The translations under genes and the position numbers were made by a program. This document shows, one piece after another, positions 35,802-43,640 of a stretch of 44,186 bases of DNA (the stretch's first letter is position 1; each line of letters starts with the position of its first letter). Where the stretch lies: IMG/VR virus record IMGVR_UViG_3300032138_000963, one strand, 5' to 3'. The notes below the pieces were generated by a model that was not told where the DNA came from, searched no databases, and worked only from the letters and a program-made list of their open reading frames with translations. The DNA comes from an uncultured virus (IMG/VR IMGVR_UViG_3300032138_000963). Its lineage: Duplodnaviria > Heunggongvirae > Uroviricota > Caudoviricetes.

Positions 35802-35970
35802 CCCCACTTTTCCCTCCTTCGACCGGGTCCAGCTCATCCAGTTCCAGCTGAGCCTTAACCCACTCCCAGTAGCCTAAAGTCGTGTCACTGTTAGCCACTT
35901 CGTATTTCCAATCTTCGCGCGGAAACTGAGGATGCGAACCCCAGTGGCCGTATTCATCTTGCAACCCCAT
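35785..35970 (-). CDS. small hypothetical protein
   Basis: WGSHPQFPREDWKYEVANSDTTLGYWEWV; GGAGG RBS. Confidence 0.75.
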   Translation of the reverse strand: MGLQDEYGHWGSHPQFPREDWKYEVANSDTTLGYWEWVKAQLELDELDPVEGGKSGDEQQD

Positions 35971-35973
35971 AGA

Positions 35974-36531
35974 TCACTTCCTCCCCCTTCTCCGACGCTT
36001 CCTTCGCTCAACCGGCTTCGTCCCTGGCGGAGGCTTCAGCTGAACCTTGCACCGCCTGCAACGGTAGGTCACGCCTGCCGCCATTCTTCCAGCCACGTAT
36101 GGTGTGACATCGATGGTTTGGCAGCCGCAGCTCACGTTGATCCGCTTCCGCTTCGAGAGCCCCTTATTGTCGACGCTATGCGTCCGCTCGGGCTGCACGC
36201 CGCACCGAAGCATCAGCGCCTGCCACTCTGGACCATGCGGCTGAATCTTCTCCCCCTGCTCCCACGCGATCTGGTACGCGACGATGTGGCAGACCTCGTG
36301 AACCGTTGTCTCACGGCGCTCTTTTGGAGTTGCACGAGGCCAAAGCGGCATCGAAAATCGAACAGACATCTCACGGGCCAATGCCTTGATCCGTGCTGAC
36401 CCCATCTTACTCGTGAACCGAGGGTTCCACTCGACCTTCAGGTCATCGAGAATGTCTAGGCGGTCGAGAGTTGTGAGAGTCTGCCCGATCCACACGCTTA
36501 CCGCGTGCTTCATGGAATCGGTGACGATCAT
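35974..36531 (-). CDS. SprT-like zinc metalloprotease
   Basis: WNPRFTSKMG, TVHEVCH, HGPEWQ, C-terminal CGC...YRCRRC. Confidence 0.88.
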   Translation of the reverse strand: MIVTDSMKHAVSVWIGQTLTTLDRLDILDDLKVEWNPRFTSKMGSARIKALAREMSVRFSMPLWPRATPKERRETTVHEVCHIVAYQIAWEQGEKIQPHGPEWQALMLRCGVQPERTHSVDNKGLSKRKRINVSCGCQTIDVTPYVAGRMAAGVTYRCRRCKVQLKPPPGTKPVERRKRRRRGRK

Positions 36532-37178
36532 TCTCTAATACAGGTTCCGTACTGGCCCGTCACATAGAGTTCCGGGTTCATCGGCTCGAGGAACAGATTG
36601 CACACCATCTGCGATGGGCACCCTGGATTGTCGGCGCTGCAAATCGCAGTGCAGCAGGTTCCGCCGTTCCCGGCACCGGGACAGATTCCGTCCGGAAAAT
36701 TATCCAGCCCGAAGTTGTTCATCGGCGCGAATCCAGTCCGACATTCACCCCATCCACCAACCTGGTCGCCAAATCCCCCGCCATCAGGCTCGCCGATGTA
36801 CTCCAGGCAGACAAATTCGAAGTAGTTCCCCACCCCATCCCACTCGTAGAGCGAGCAGGTGTAGTCGTCGACGCAGGGGTCGCCGGGATCCAGGGGGTCG
36901 CAGGGTTCCCCCTCAGGGCTCGGCTCAGTAGGCAGGTCCGTCGGAACGTCGCCGTCTCCGTCGCCGTCGCCGTCGCCCGTGGAGCCTGTGTCGCCCGTCT
37001 CTGAGCCTGTCTCCGTCTCCATGCCCTCAGTCTCCGTCTCGCCCCCTGTGGGACCCTCAGAGCCGCCCTCAGTCTCCGTCTCGCCCTCGTGGCCAGTCGT
37101 CCCTGGATCCGTGAAGCATCCAGCAATTGTAAGGCCCAGAAGAAGCCAAAACGAACCGTGAAAAAGATGCCTTTTCAT
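36528..37178 (-). CDS. myxobacterial-type Cys-rich lipoprotein (paralogue 2)
   Basis: MKRHLFHGSFWLLLGLTIAG-C lipobox, ET/TG linker, TGDGDGDGDGD, CDP...CC...C. Confidence 0.75.
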   Translation of the reverse strand: MKRHLFHGSFWLLLGLTIAGCFTDPGTTGHEGETETEGGSEGPTGGETETEGMETETGSETGDTGSTGDGDGDGDGDVPTDLPTEPSPEGEPCDPLDPGDPCVDDYTCSLYEWDGVGNYFEFVCLEYIGEPDGGGFGDQVGGWGECRTGFAPMNNFGLDNFPDGICPGAGNGGTCCTAICSADNPGCPSQMVCNLFLEPMNPELYVTGQYGTCIRE

Positions 37179-37510
37179 GACGCCATCTCGATCCTGTGGA
37201 GTGCTCCCACCCCACGCGCTGTGAGCCAAAGCTGGTCACCCTCGGGATAGATCGATTCTGGGCCAGTGCACCGAATGTCCGGACCTTCGTGAATCAACCC
37301 CTTTTCGATGAGCCGGTCGACGACTCGCTTCGGCGTAGCGTGGTCGATGCGAAGCTGCTCTCGGTCGCAGTCGGTGTAACGCGGCCGACAGTCGAGCCAG
37401 TCCAAAACCTCACGCTCGAGGAGTCCAATGCGAACGACTTTCTCACCATCGCCTGGGCCTCGAAGTGCAACGCGTAGCAGGTCATCCACAGTTGTCTTTT
37501 GAGCGCTCAT
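37175..37510 (-). CDS. possible winged-helix protein
   Basis: VVDRLIEKGLI...LWLTARG. Confidence 0.55.
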   Translation of the reverse strand: MSAQKTTVDDLLRVALRGPGDGEKVVRIGLLEREVLDWLDCRPRYTDCDREQLRIDHATPKRVVDRLIEKGLIHEGPDIRCTGPESIYPEGDQLWLTARGVGALHRIEMAS

Positions 37511-38004
37511 CGCCGTCTCCGCTTCTTCTTGTCGTCCTCTTTTTTCACAGGTGGCGGCGTTTGTCGAAGCTCCGAAGCCAAGACCATCTCACCATCGCTG
37601 TCAGCGTACTCGTTGTCGAACATGACCAACACCTTGCCATCGTCGAGAATCGAACCGTACAACATCCCGAATCCAAGCAGCCGATGGGCAACGGGAGTCC
37701 CGGGGGCGCACGCGGGCGTCACCGCTTTACCCCTGTCCATCGCCTTGCGGATCTTGCTCCGTCGAATGTGCTCCTCCCGCGTGAAGGTGAGGGAGCGATG
37801 GTTGAGGTTGCGGTGCTGACCGTCGCAGTAGAAGTAGACGTTGACGTAGCGCCGGTACGAAGAGGTGACATGGCCGATACCGTGCGTATCGTGCGAGACC
37901 ATCATTCCGGCGCCGAACTGCTGCACGAATCCGGAAGACTCACGCTTGCCGGGGGGCTTCTTCCTGCGCCGACGCCTGCTTTCCTGTTGCTCTTGAACTT
38001 CCAT
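37507..38004 (-). CDS. basic protein with two PcrA/UvrD-CTD-like Tudor repeats (start MEVQEQ)
   Basis: GMMVSHDTHGIGHV...VNVYF and GTPVAHRLLGFGML...VLVMFD. Confidence 0.55.
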   Translation of the reverse strand: MEVQEQQESRRRRRKKPPGKRESSGFVQQFGAGMMVSHDTHGIGHVTSSYRRYVNVYFYCDGQHRNLNHRSLTFTREEHIRRSKIRKAMDRGKAVTPACAPGTPVAHRLLGFGMLYGSILDDGKVLVMFDNEYADSDGEMVLASELRQTPPPVKKEDDKKKRRRR

Positions 38005-38408
38005 TAGTCCTGATCCCTTTCGTACACGCGCACGCAATCTCGAAGCGCGCAGCCTGTGAGGTCTGGCATGCGAATCTGTGTGAACGTCCTGGACGGGAAC
38101 TCGCGCTCGATCTTGTCGAAGTCCCTCCGACTGACCACGATGCCACTCTTGCTGATACCGGAGATCCCCGAGTGAAAGTAGGCGAGCGGTTGGATGTCGA
38201 ATTTCCTGGGAAATAACTCTGGCCGGCAACACTGAGACGCGTACCAGTCATCGTCGCCATTCAAGACGACGGCATTTGGGTGCTTTGCGAATATCTCTTC
38301 CAAGGTGGCCTGGAATTTATCCTGAGACGCACCTCCGATGTAGTTCACAAACCCAGACGTGCTGGTGTGCTTCCCGCCTGAAGCGAGGTATGTGTGCAGC
38401 TTGCTCAT
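38004..38408 (-). CDS. hypothetical protein
   Basis: TAATG coupling to next gene. Confidence 0.65.
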   Translation of the reverse strand: MSKLHTYLASGGKHTSTSGFVNYIGGASQDKFQATLEEIFAKHPNAVVLNGDDDWYASQCCRPELFPRKFDIQPLAYFHSGISGISKSGIVVSRRDFDKIEREFPSRTFTQIRMPDLTGCALRDCVRVYERDQD

Positions 38409-38435
38409 CAGTCTTGCCCTTTCAGCTCGTCCACT

Positions 38436-38840
38436 TCAGCCGACCTCCGCGAATAAATCGATCGACCTCAGTGTCGAGATGAGGCCGTCGAGGTCGTCCC
38501 CCATCAGCTCCTCAGCTTCTAGGCGAAGCGATTTTCGCGTGGCCACGTCTTCTGGATCCTCGACCGGACCATCATCCGACAACCGATCAGTCTCGGCAGC
38601 ATTCGAGGCGCAGGCGCAGCACTCGAGAATGCAGACGATGGTTCGACCGAAAACCCAGCCCCTGGCTTTGAGGTCGTCGCGCAGCATCGGAGGGATGCTC
38701 GTCTTCGGCCCTTCGAGGAACTTCTTGATCAGCAGATGACTGGAAGAGTCGTCCACCCCGTCCCACGTCTCCCACACCTCGTCTTGAAGCATGTGGTGGT
38801 GTTCCCAGGGCTCTTGGCAGGTTGCGCAGGTGATATCCAT
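38436..38840 (-). CDS. Cys-containing hypothetical protein
   Basis: MDITCATCQEPW...CCAC...LMGDDLDG. Confidence 0.75.
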   Translation of the reverse strand: MDITCATCQEPWEHHHMLQDEVWETWDGVDDSSSHLLIKKFLEGPKTSIPPMLRDDLKARGWVFGRTIVCILECCACASNAAETDRLSDDGPVEDPEDVATRKSLRLEAEELMGDDLDGLISTLRSIDLFAEVG

Positions 38841-39140
38841 TTACCTCTCCAGTTCGATGATGAGGACTCGCAAGCGGCGAAGCTCGTCCTCCGCGTTTTC
38901 GAATAGGTCACGACGGTCATGGTGGGCCGTCGAAAACTTTGCGGCACCAAGCGCCTCAACCGCTTGGAGAAGCTCCATCATGGTTGCCGGTCGCTCCGGA
39001 TCCATGGTGCGCTGAACCTTTCGCTCGGCCATCTCCAGCGCAAGATTCGGTACCCCGATATTCTTGCACCGTTCCAGGCGGTTGCGCTGGTACTGCTCGA
39101 ACTCGTATCCTCTTGGGTCACTCATAGCTTGAAACCTCAT
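38841..39140 (-). CDS. hypothetical protein
   Basis: ORF tiling. Confidence 0.65.
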   Translation of the reverse strand: MRFQAMSDPRGYEFEQYQRNRLERCKNIGVPNLALEMAERKVQRTMDPERPATMMELLQAVEALGAAKFSTAHHDRRDLFENAEDELRRLRVLIIELER

Positions 39141-39427
39141 TCCGGGTCAGGCTCGGGGTCGATGTCCTCGATGGGTAGATCGTCGCGCATTCGCTGCTCC
39201 CACTCCGCGTCTCGCGGATCTTCAGGGATCGGCTCTGCGTCCTGGAACAATGCCCAAGCTCCCGCGATAGACTCTTCGTCTTCGTCGTCCTTGGGGTAGA
39301 TGTCCACTGCCACACCTTCGTCCGTCTTCTTGATATAGACAGACAGGTTTCCGACTGTGACCCAGGCGTGGTCGTCACCCTCGAGTTCGTACTCGAGAGT
39401 TTCCTTGTTGATTTCCCTGATGGGCAC
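39137..39427 (-). CDS. acidic hypothetical protein
   Basis: AWVTVGNLSVYIKKTDEGVAVDIY. Confidence 0.7.
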   Translation of the reverse strand: MPIREINKETLEYELEGDDHAWVTVGNLSVYIKKTDEGVAVDIYPKDDEDEESIAGAWALFQDAEPIPEDPRDAEWEQRMRDDLPIEDIDPEPDPE

Positions 39428-39429
39428 GC

Positions 39430-39639
39430 CTAGGCCTCGATTACGCGACCTTCACGGCGCGCGATTCTCTTGGCCTTGGCTCGGTTGTGTTTGCAGCGGA
39501 TCTGCTGGAGCGCGGTCAGTTCGCCGAGCGCACGTTTGCTCTCGGCCTCGGCAGCTTCGAGCCTCCCAGCCTTCGCCTTCAGCTCCTCGTACTCGCTCTT
39601 GTTGATCTCGATTTTCTCGTTCTTCTCTTCTTCGCTCAT
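39430..39639 (-). CDS. small coiled-coil protein
   Basis: GAGGA RBS. Confidence 0.65.
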   Translation of the reverse strand: MSEEEKNEKIEINKSEYEELKAKAGRLEAAEAESKRALGELTALQQIRCKHNRAKAKRIARREGRVIEA

Positions 39640-39651
39640 GGGATCGTCCTC

Positions 39652-39987
39652 TCAGATCGTTGGTAGGTGTCGAATGTTGGAAGGAATGTTCTCGACGAAA
39701 GCGCGGCCAAGCATCACGCTGGCGGCGTTGCGATCATCGTACAGGTCGTGAACGTCTTGGCCAAGGTGGTGCAGCCACGCTGCACACAGCCGCGTGAAGT
39801 TCTGCTGCAGCGTTCGATGCTCGCGGGACATCTCGTCGACGAATTCCCTAGTCCTCGAGTCGCTGAAACTGTTGACGTAGCTCGACATGATACGAGCTAC
39901 GCCTTGAGCTGTCGTGCGCTCCTCATTCATCTCTTGGATCTGAGCGCGGAGCTTTCGAATCGTCTCGTGTGGGTTCTCTTCAGCCAT
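39652..39987 (-). CDS. phage hypothetical protein
   Basis: EHRTLQQNF...DDRNAAS...LPTI. Confidence 0.75.
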   Translation of the reverse strand: MAEENPHETIRKLRAQIQEMNEERTTAQGVARIMSSYVNSFSDSRTREFVDEMSREHRTLQQNFTRLCAAWLHHLGQDVHDLYDDRNAASVMLGRAFVENIPSNIRHLPTI

Positions 39988-39988
39988 C

Positions 39989-40090
39989 TCAGCGTCTCCC
40001 TACCACGTCATCTGCGTAGCCCGAAAAAACCATCGAAATGAGGCAGGCGATGATGATGCCCAAAATGGTGAATGCTGTTCCGGAACTCAT
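39989..40090 (-). CDS. 33-aa membrane peptide MSSGTAFTILGIIIACLISMVFSGYADDVVGRR
   Basis: Fills gap exactly; single TM helix. Confidence 0.65.
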   Translation of the reverse strand: MSSGTAFTILGIIIACLISMVFSGYADDVVGRR

Positions 40091-40091
40091 A

Positions 40092-40385
40092 TCAGCCCTC
40101 GTATACCGCTGCGACAGCGCTGTTGATGTGCTCGCAAAAGTGCCCGTCGATCAGCTCCGACACTCGGCACCAGGCCTCGATGGCTGGAACCTCGCACGGC
40201 GAAGGCAGTGGGATGCACTCCGAATGAATCACGACCGCCGAGTGCGGCGCCCACTGCCCGGAATCATCCTCGGGAAGGTGGGTGTGTCGCTCGATCAGCC
40301 TCTTGGCCTCCTCCGGGTCGTCGCTGATCAATTTTCCGAAGACCTTGAAAAGGGCCTCGCGCGTTTGTTCGAGTGTCTCGTTCAC
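40092..40385 (-). CDS. hypothetical protein (GTG start)
   Basis: GGAGG RBS, GTGA overlap. Confidence 0.65.
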   Translation of the reverse strand: MNETLEQTREALFKVFGKLISDDPEEAKRLIERHTHLPEDDSGQWAPHSAVVIHSECIPLPSPCEVPAIEAWCRVSELIDGHFCEHINSAVAAVYEG

Positions 40386-40648
40386 TTCCGTTCCTCCGGG
40401 TCGTGGCAAAATATGCAGGAATCCCTGCAAGGATCTTCGAAGAAGTCGTAGACGCATTTTCCAACCGGGCTTTTCTCGCAGTCCCATGTTCCAGGGACGA
40501 CGGTATTTGATGGGTTGACCGCGTGCTCTCTGAGCACTTCACCGTAGGTGTCGAGCAGTTCGTAGCTCGCGGCGGCTTCGTCCCGCTTTGCAGCAGCGTG
40601 TTTCTTCTGAGCCGCTAGGACTCGTGGATCTATTGGTGCGTCCCCCAT
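40382..40648 (-). CDS. protein with C-terminal Cys Zn-binding motif
   Basis: WDCEKSPVGKCVYD...DSCIFCHDPEERK. Confidence 0.7.
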   Translation of the reverse strand: MGDAPIDPRVLAAQKKHAAAKRDEAAASYELLDTYGEVLREHAVNPSNTVVPGTWDCEKSPVGKCVYDFFEDPCRDSCIFCHDPEERK

Positions 40649-40659
40649 CTCAACTCAGC

Positions 40660-40685
40660 AAAAAACGGGAGCCCGAAGGCTCCCG
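40660..40685 (-). terminator. intrinsic terminator, possibly conditional (attenuator)
   Basis: CGGGAGCC-TTCG-GGCTCCCG then TTTTTT. Confidence 0.8.
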
Positions 40686-40706
40686 CTGGTGTTTCAGCTG
40701 AGTTGA

Positions 40707-40728
40707 TTAGCGCTTCATCAGAGCCTCC
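40707..40728 (-). promoter_or_regulatory. RBS plus minigene ATG AAG CGC TAA (Met-Lys-Arg), putative leader
   Basis: GGAGG-CTCTG-ATGAAGCGCTAA; the RBS segment is complementary to the terminator 5' arm. Confidence 0.4.
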
Positions 40729-40730
40729 GT

Positions 40731-40772
40731 TCAACCAACGCGAAAACGGGAGGAACCCAAAGGCTCCTCCCG
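40731..40772 (-). repeat. 42-bp direct repeat copy 1 (terminator-like hairpin)
   Basis: tcaaccaacgcgaaaacgggaggaacccaaaggctcctcccg; 41/42 identical to 41357-41398. Confidence 0.9.
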
Positions 40773-40788
40773 TGGCAGTCGAATCGGA

Positions 40789-41346
40789 TCAGCCGGCAAG
40801 CATCGCGCGCGACTTCCAGTACTGGAAGCTATCGCGCATCGCCGTCTCGAACTCATCCGGACTCATCTTGGTATCGGTGCCGCCGTCGGATCCGAAGTGG
40901 TTGTGCATCAGGGTCGCAGGCTCCATCGGCTCGTCGCCTTCGTGCGTGCGCGCCTGAATCATCGCGCAGTCGTAATCTGCGCCCGTCGAAGGATCACCGC
41001 CCTCTTCCAGGACCGCGCGGCTGTAGAGAATGATTGAGCAGGCTACGGCCGGAGTCTTTTTGCCGCCCTCGACGCCGATGCTCGAGCGTGGATCCTCACC
41101 GGGACGCCGAGCTTTGTGCTCGCCGACCAGCTTATCCCCTTCGGCCAGCTCGCACACGGGCGAGAAGAAGCCGGATGGATCGACCGGAACGAGAAGAATG
41201 CCCTCCCGGTACCCGGGACTCGCCTCAGCGAAGTTGCGGGCAACTCGCGCCAGAAGCTCCTCTTCGGAACCGTCGAAGTGAGAGAAGGGAAGCTCCGCAG
41301 CCATGCGGCCGCGAAGGAACTCGGAAATTGCGATAGTCGGTGCCAT
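40789..41346 (-). CDS. DUF3228-like protein
   Basis: PGYREG...ARRPGEDP...IILYSR...EPMEPATLMHN...GGT...SFQYW. Confidence 0.7.
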   Translation of the reverse strand: MAPTIAISEFLRGRMAAELPFSHFDGSEEELLARVARNFAEASPGYREGILLVPVDPSGFFSPVCELAEGDKLVGEHKARRPGEDPRSSIGVEGGKKTPAVACSIILYSRAVLEEGGDPSTGADYDCAMIQARTHEGDEPMEPATLMHNHFGSDGGTDTKMSPDEFETAMRDSFQYWKSRAMLAG

Positions 41347-41356
41347 GTGGTGGTCC

Positions 41357-41398
41357 TCAACCAACGCGAAAACGGGAGGAACCCGAAGGCTCCTCCCG
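41357..41398 (-). repeat. 42-bp direct repeat copy 2 (terminator-like hairpin)
   Basis: tcaaccaacgcgaaaacgggaggaacccgaaggctcctcccg. Confidence 0.9.
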
Positions 41399-41415
41399 CT
41401 CGCTCATCTCGCCGC

Positions 41416-41490
41416 TCACTTGCTCAGAATCTGGCCGGCACCGCTGAATGCAGCGGCAACGAACAGGAATACTAGAATTCCAGCTGCCAT
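41416..41490 (-). CDS. 24-aa membrane peptide MAAGILVFLFVAAAFSGAGQILSK
   Basis: Strong AAGGAGG RBS; hydrophobic; followed by terminator hairpin. Confidence 0.65.
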   Translation of the reverse strand: MAAGILVFLFVAAAFSGAGQILSK

Positions 41491-41500
41491 GACGTCCTCC

Positions 41501-41854
41501 TTAGAATGGGGCCGGGGTATCCCCGGGCTCGGGTTGATGTTGCTCCGTCCTCAAGTCCATTTCAAACTGTCGCTGAACCCTCGATTCCACGAGCATTTCC
41601 AGCATCTTGTCTCGAATAGCGATCGCTTCGCGCATGCCGTCCACCTTCAGGAACAGCCCTTGCGTGTTCCTTGGGAAGCTTTTCCGGAATGCCCTCGACG
41701 CGCCAGGCACTGGCCGCGCCAGTATGTACCATCCTGTCTCGAGCGAATCCGTGACCGTTGCGGTCTTGATCGATCCGTCGTGGAAAAGTCGGTAACCGTC
41801 ACTGATTTTCCGCTGCTTACCCAGCAGCTCTCTTAGCTCCTCGTGTAGATCCAT
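41501..41854 (-). CDS. hypothetical protein
   Basis: GGAG RBS. Confidence 0.65.
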   Translation of the reverse strand: MDLHEELRELLGKQRKISDGYRLFHDGSIKTATVTDSLETGWYILARPVPGASRAFRKSFPRNTQGLFLKVDGMREAIAIRDKMLEMLVESRVQRQFEMDLRTEQHQPEPGDTPAPF

Positions 41855-41872
41855 TGTTTTCGCTCCGCATCT

Positions 41873-42160
41873 TCAACCCTTGAAGAAGTCCCTGATCGAA
41901 GACTCGACGACAACCTCGAACGGGCCATCGTGCTCCTTCTCAGGATGCTCTTCGACATACTCATGCCACAGGTAGTCGGCCGAGTAATCCATGTCCTCGA
42001 TCTCCATCGCTGCAGCTTTGCCCATTTTCAAGATCTGGTCGGTCACGTCGAACTCGATGATGACGCGGCTCCCATCCTCGTTGAATACAGGAACGACCCT
42101 TTTACCCTCGTTGGTCTGAGGCAGGAATTTCGCAACAATCCTCTTCATCTCCATCTCCAT
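41873..42160 (-). CDS. hypothetical protein
   Basis: EHDGPFEV motif; tiling. Confidence 0.7.
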   Translation of the reverse strand: MEMEMKRIVAKFLPQTNEGKRVVPVFNEDGSRVIIEFDVTDQILKMGKAAAMEIEDMDYSADYLWHEYVEEHPEKEHDGPFEVVVESSIRDFFKG

Positions 42161-42164
42161 CTCG

Positions 42165-42616
42165 CTAGAAAAACCCCTTCGGCCAAGGCGACCGGTCCAT
42201 CTCCCCGAGAACCGCAGCCATGAAAAGCTCGGCCTCTTCGTCGCTTGCACCGACCTCACGCTGTGCGTGGATCAGTGAGAGAGTCATCTTGTCGCCGCCT
42301 GGCGAGTTTCGAATCAAGGCTCGCGTGAAGGCCAAGAGGAGTTCGATGCTGACCCCTTGGCGCGGAGTCTCACCAGCATCTCCCTCCGGTCGCTGTTCAG
42401 CGTCGAGCAGCAGCCCTCGCCGATGTACAAGTTCGCCTTTAGCCACTCTTTTCTCTCTTCGTCAGCCTTCAAGACCTCGCCGCACCAATATCGCTCGTCT
42501 TCGAAAACGAGAGATGGGCACGGCCCCGGCATCACTCCGTGGGCCTGCATTCCGATCACGCAGAGCGCCTGCTTACAGCAGTGACCACTCCCGATGCACG
42601 GAGCATGGTGCGCCAT
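42165..42616 (-). CDS. Cys-cluster (YkgJ/CxxCxxCC-like) protein, apparently split by a -1 frameshift near 42355
   Basis: PCIGSGHCC...C...CPSL...YWCG...GEGCC in frame 1 (ORF 42314-42616); an overlapping second frame continues to 42165. Confidence 0.55.
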
Positions 42617-42620
42617 TCAT

Positions 42621-43223
42621 TCAGGCCTTTCCGTCTTTCAGAATCGTGCGACCCTTGCGGGTGATGTAGTACAGCTGCGTCGATTTGCCGCCGCTTCCAC
42701 CGCTTCCACCGATGTCGACCAGCCCCTTGCGATGCAAGTCGTACATAGCACTCGACTGTGGAATCGATCCTTCTCCGCGCACTTCGCTGAAGCTCCCGGT
42801 GCCGTCACGATCCTGGGCCGCTTCTTTGAGCATGTCCACCTCGACTTCGGACAGATCTTCGATCCGAATCTTGTACGAATCGATTGCCTCTTGCCATTCC
42901 TCTGGCGTCAGCGTCGTCGGTTGAACTCCGAAATGCTGAGCCGCGAGCAACGCGTGGGGAGAGAGCTGGCGGTAGCGATCGTCACCACAGCGAGTTGGCT
43001 CGCTCCATCGAAGCTCGCCAGTGCAGTGTGTGTTGAACAGGTCCACGAAAGTGCCGTCCTCGAGCTTCCAGGCAGAGCGTTCGCCGCCTTTCACCAGAAC
43101 GTAGCCCTGATTCCCTTCGCTGACGAAAATGCTGCTCGTCGTGCGACCAGAGAGCCAGTACTCTCGGCCGGCCTTCGTCACGCCAACCAGACCACCCTCG
43201 CCATCCCCTTCGTAGATCTTCAT
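42621..43223 (-). CDS. protein with C-terminal winged-helix domain (start MKIYEG)
   Basis: AMYDLHRKGLVD...YYITRKGRTIL. Confidence 0.6.
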   Translation of the reverse strand: MKIYEGDGEGGLVGVTKAGREYWLSGRTTSSIFVSEGNQGYVLVKGGERSAWKLEDGTFVDLFNTHCTGELRWSEPTRCGDDRYRQLSPHALLAAQHFGVQPTTLTPEEWQEAIDSYKIRIEDLSEVEVDMLKEAAQDRDGTGSFSEVRGEGSIPQSSAMYDLHRKGLVDIGGSGGSGGKSTQLYYITRKGRTILKDGKA

Positions 43224-43438
43224 GCTGATTTCTTTTCCTTCTCTTCTTCGCCCCACACCTCTTCGACGGTGAAGAACCCAACTTCGGCGCGTGCCCTTCG
43301 CCTCTCTTTTCGGCGAGCTTCTTCTTGCAAGGCCGCACGCCTCACCGTCCAATCCCAGACGATGGAAAGGAAGGCGAATCGCAGGCGGAATACGAAATAG
43401 GCCGCTGCGCCGAAAACGATCAATGCTGCAGGTGTCAT
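43220..43438 (-). CDS. small membrane protein
   Basis: N-terminal TM helix, charged tail. Confidence 0.65.
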   Translation of the reverse strand: MTPAALIVFGAAAYFVFRLRFAFLSIVWDWTVRRAALQEEARRKERRRARAEVGFFTVEEVWGEEEKEKKSA

Positions 43439-43548
43439 CGGTAGTACTCCACGAGATGCGAGATTACCTCGATGATGAGATCGAGGACAGAGAGAAGGGC
43501 GTATCCCAATGCGCCCAAAATGACGATGCCGAAGATGAGTCCAAACAT
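43435..43548 (-). CDS. 37-aa membrane peptide MFGLIFGIVILGALGYALLSVLDLIIEVISHLVEYYR
   Basis: Starts one base after upstream stop; ATGA overlap downstream. Confidence 0.65.
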   Translation of the reverse strand: MFGLIFGIVILGALGYALLSVLDLIIEVISHLVEYYR

Positions 43549-43549
43549 C

Positions 43550-43639
43550 TCAGTCCATCCACCTGGCCAACAAGTCCATGTGGACCGTTGCCCAAAGCAT
43601 CGCGCAGGCGATGATGAGGGATGCGGTTGCGCCGACCAT
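43550..43639 (-). CDS. 29-aa membrane peptide MVGATASLIIACAMLWATVHMDLLARWMD
   Basis: Fills gap exactly; similar to 721-813. Confidence 0.65.
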   Translation of the reverse strand: MVGATASLIIACAMLWATVHMDLLARWMD

Positions 43640-43640
43640 T

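Noticed and set aside
40670..40730. Hammerhead-like core CTGATGA...GAAAC on the minus strand
   Set aside because: Stems I and II can be drawn, but there is no NUH cleavage triplet or proper stem III in either topology; the RBS/minigene reading explains the sequence better.
40650..41398. CRISPR array or REP/IS ends from the repeated hairpins
   Set aside because: Only two full copies 626 bp apart, no regular spacers, and no cas or transposase gene in the window.
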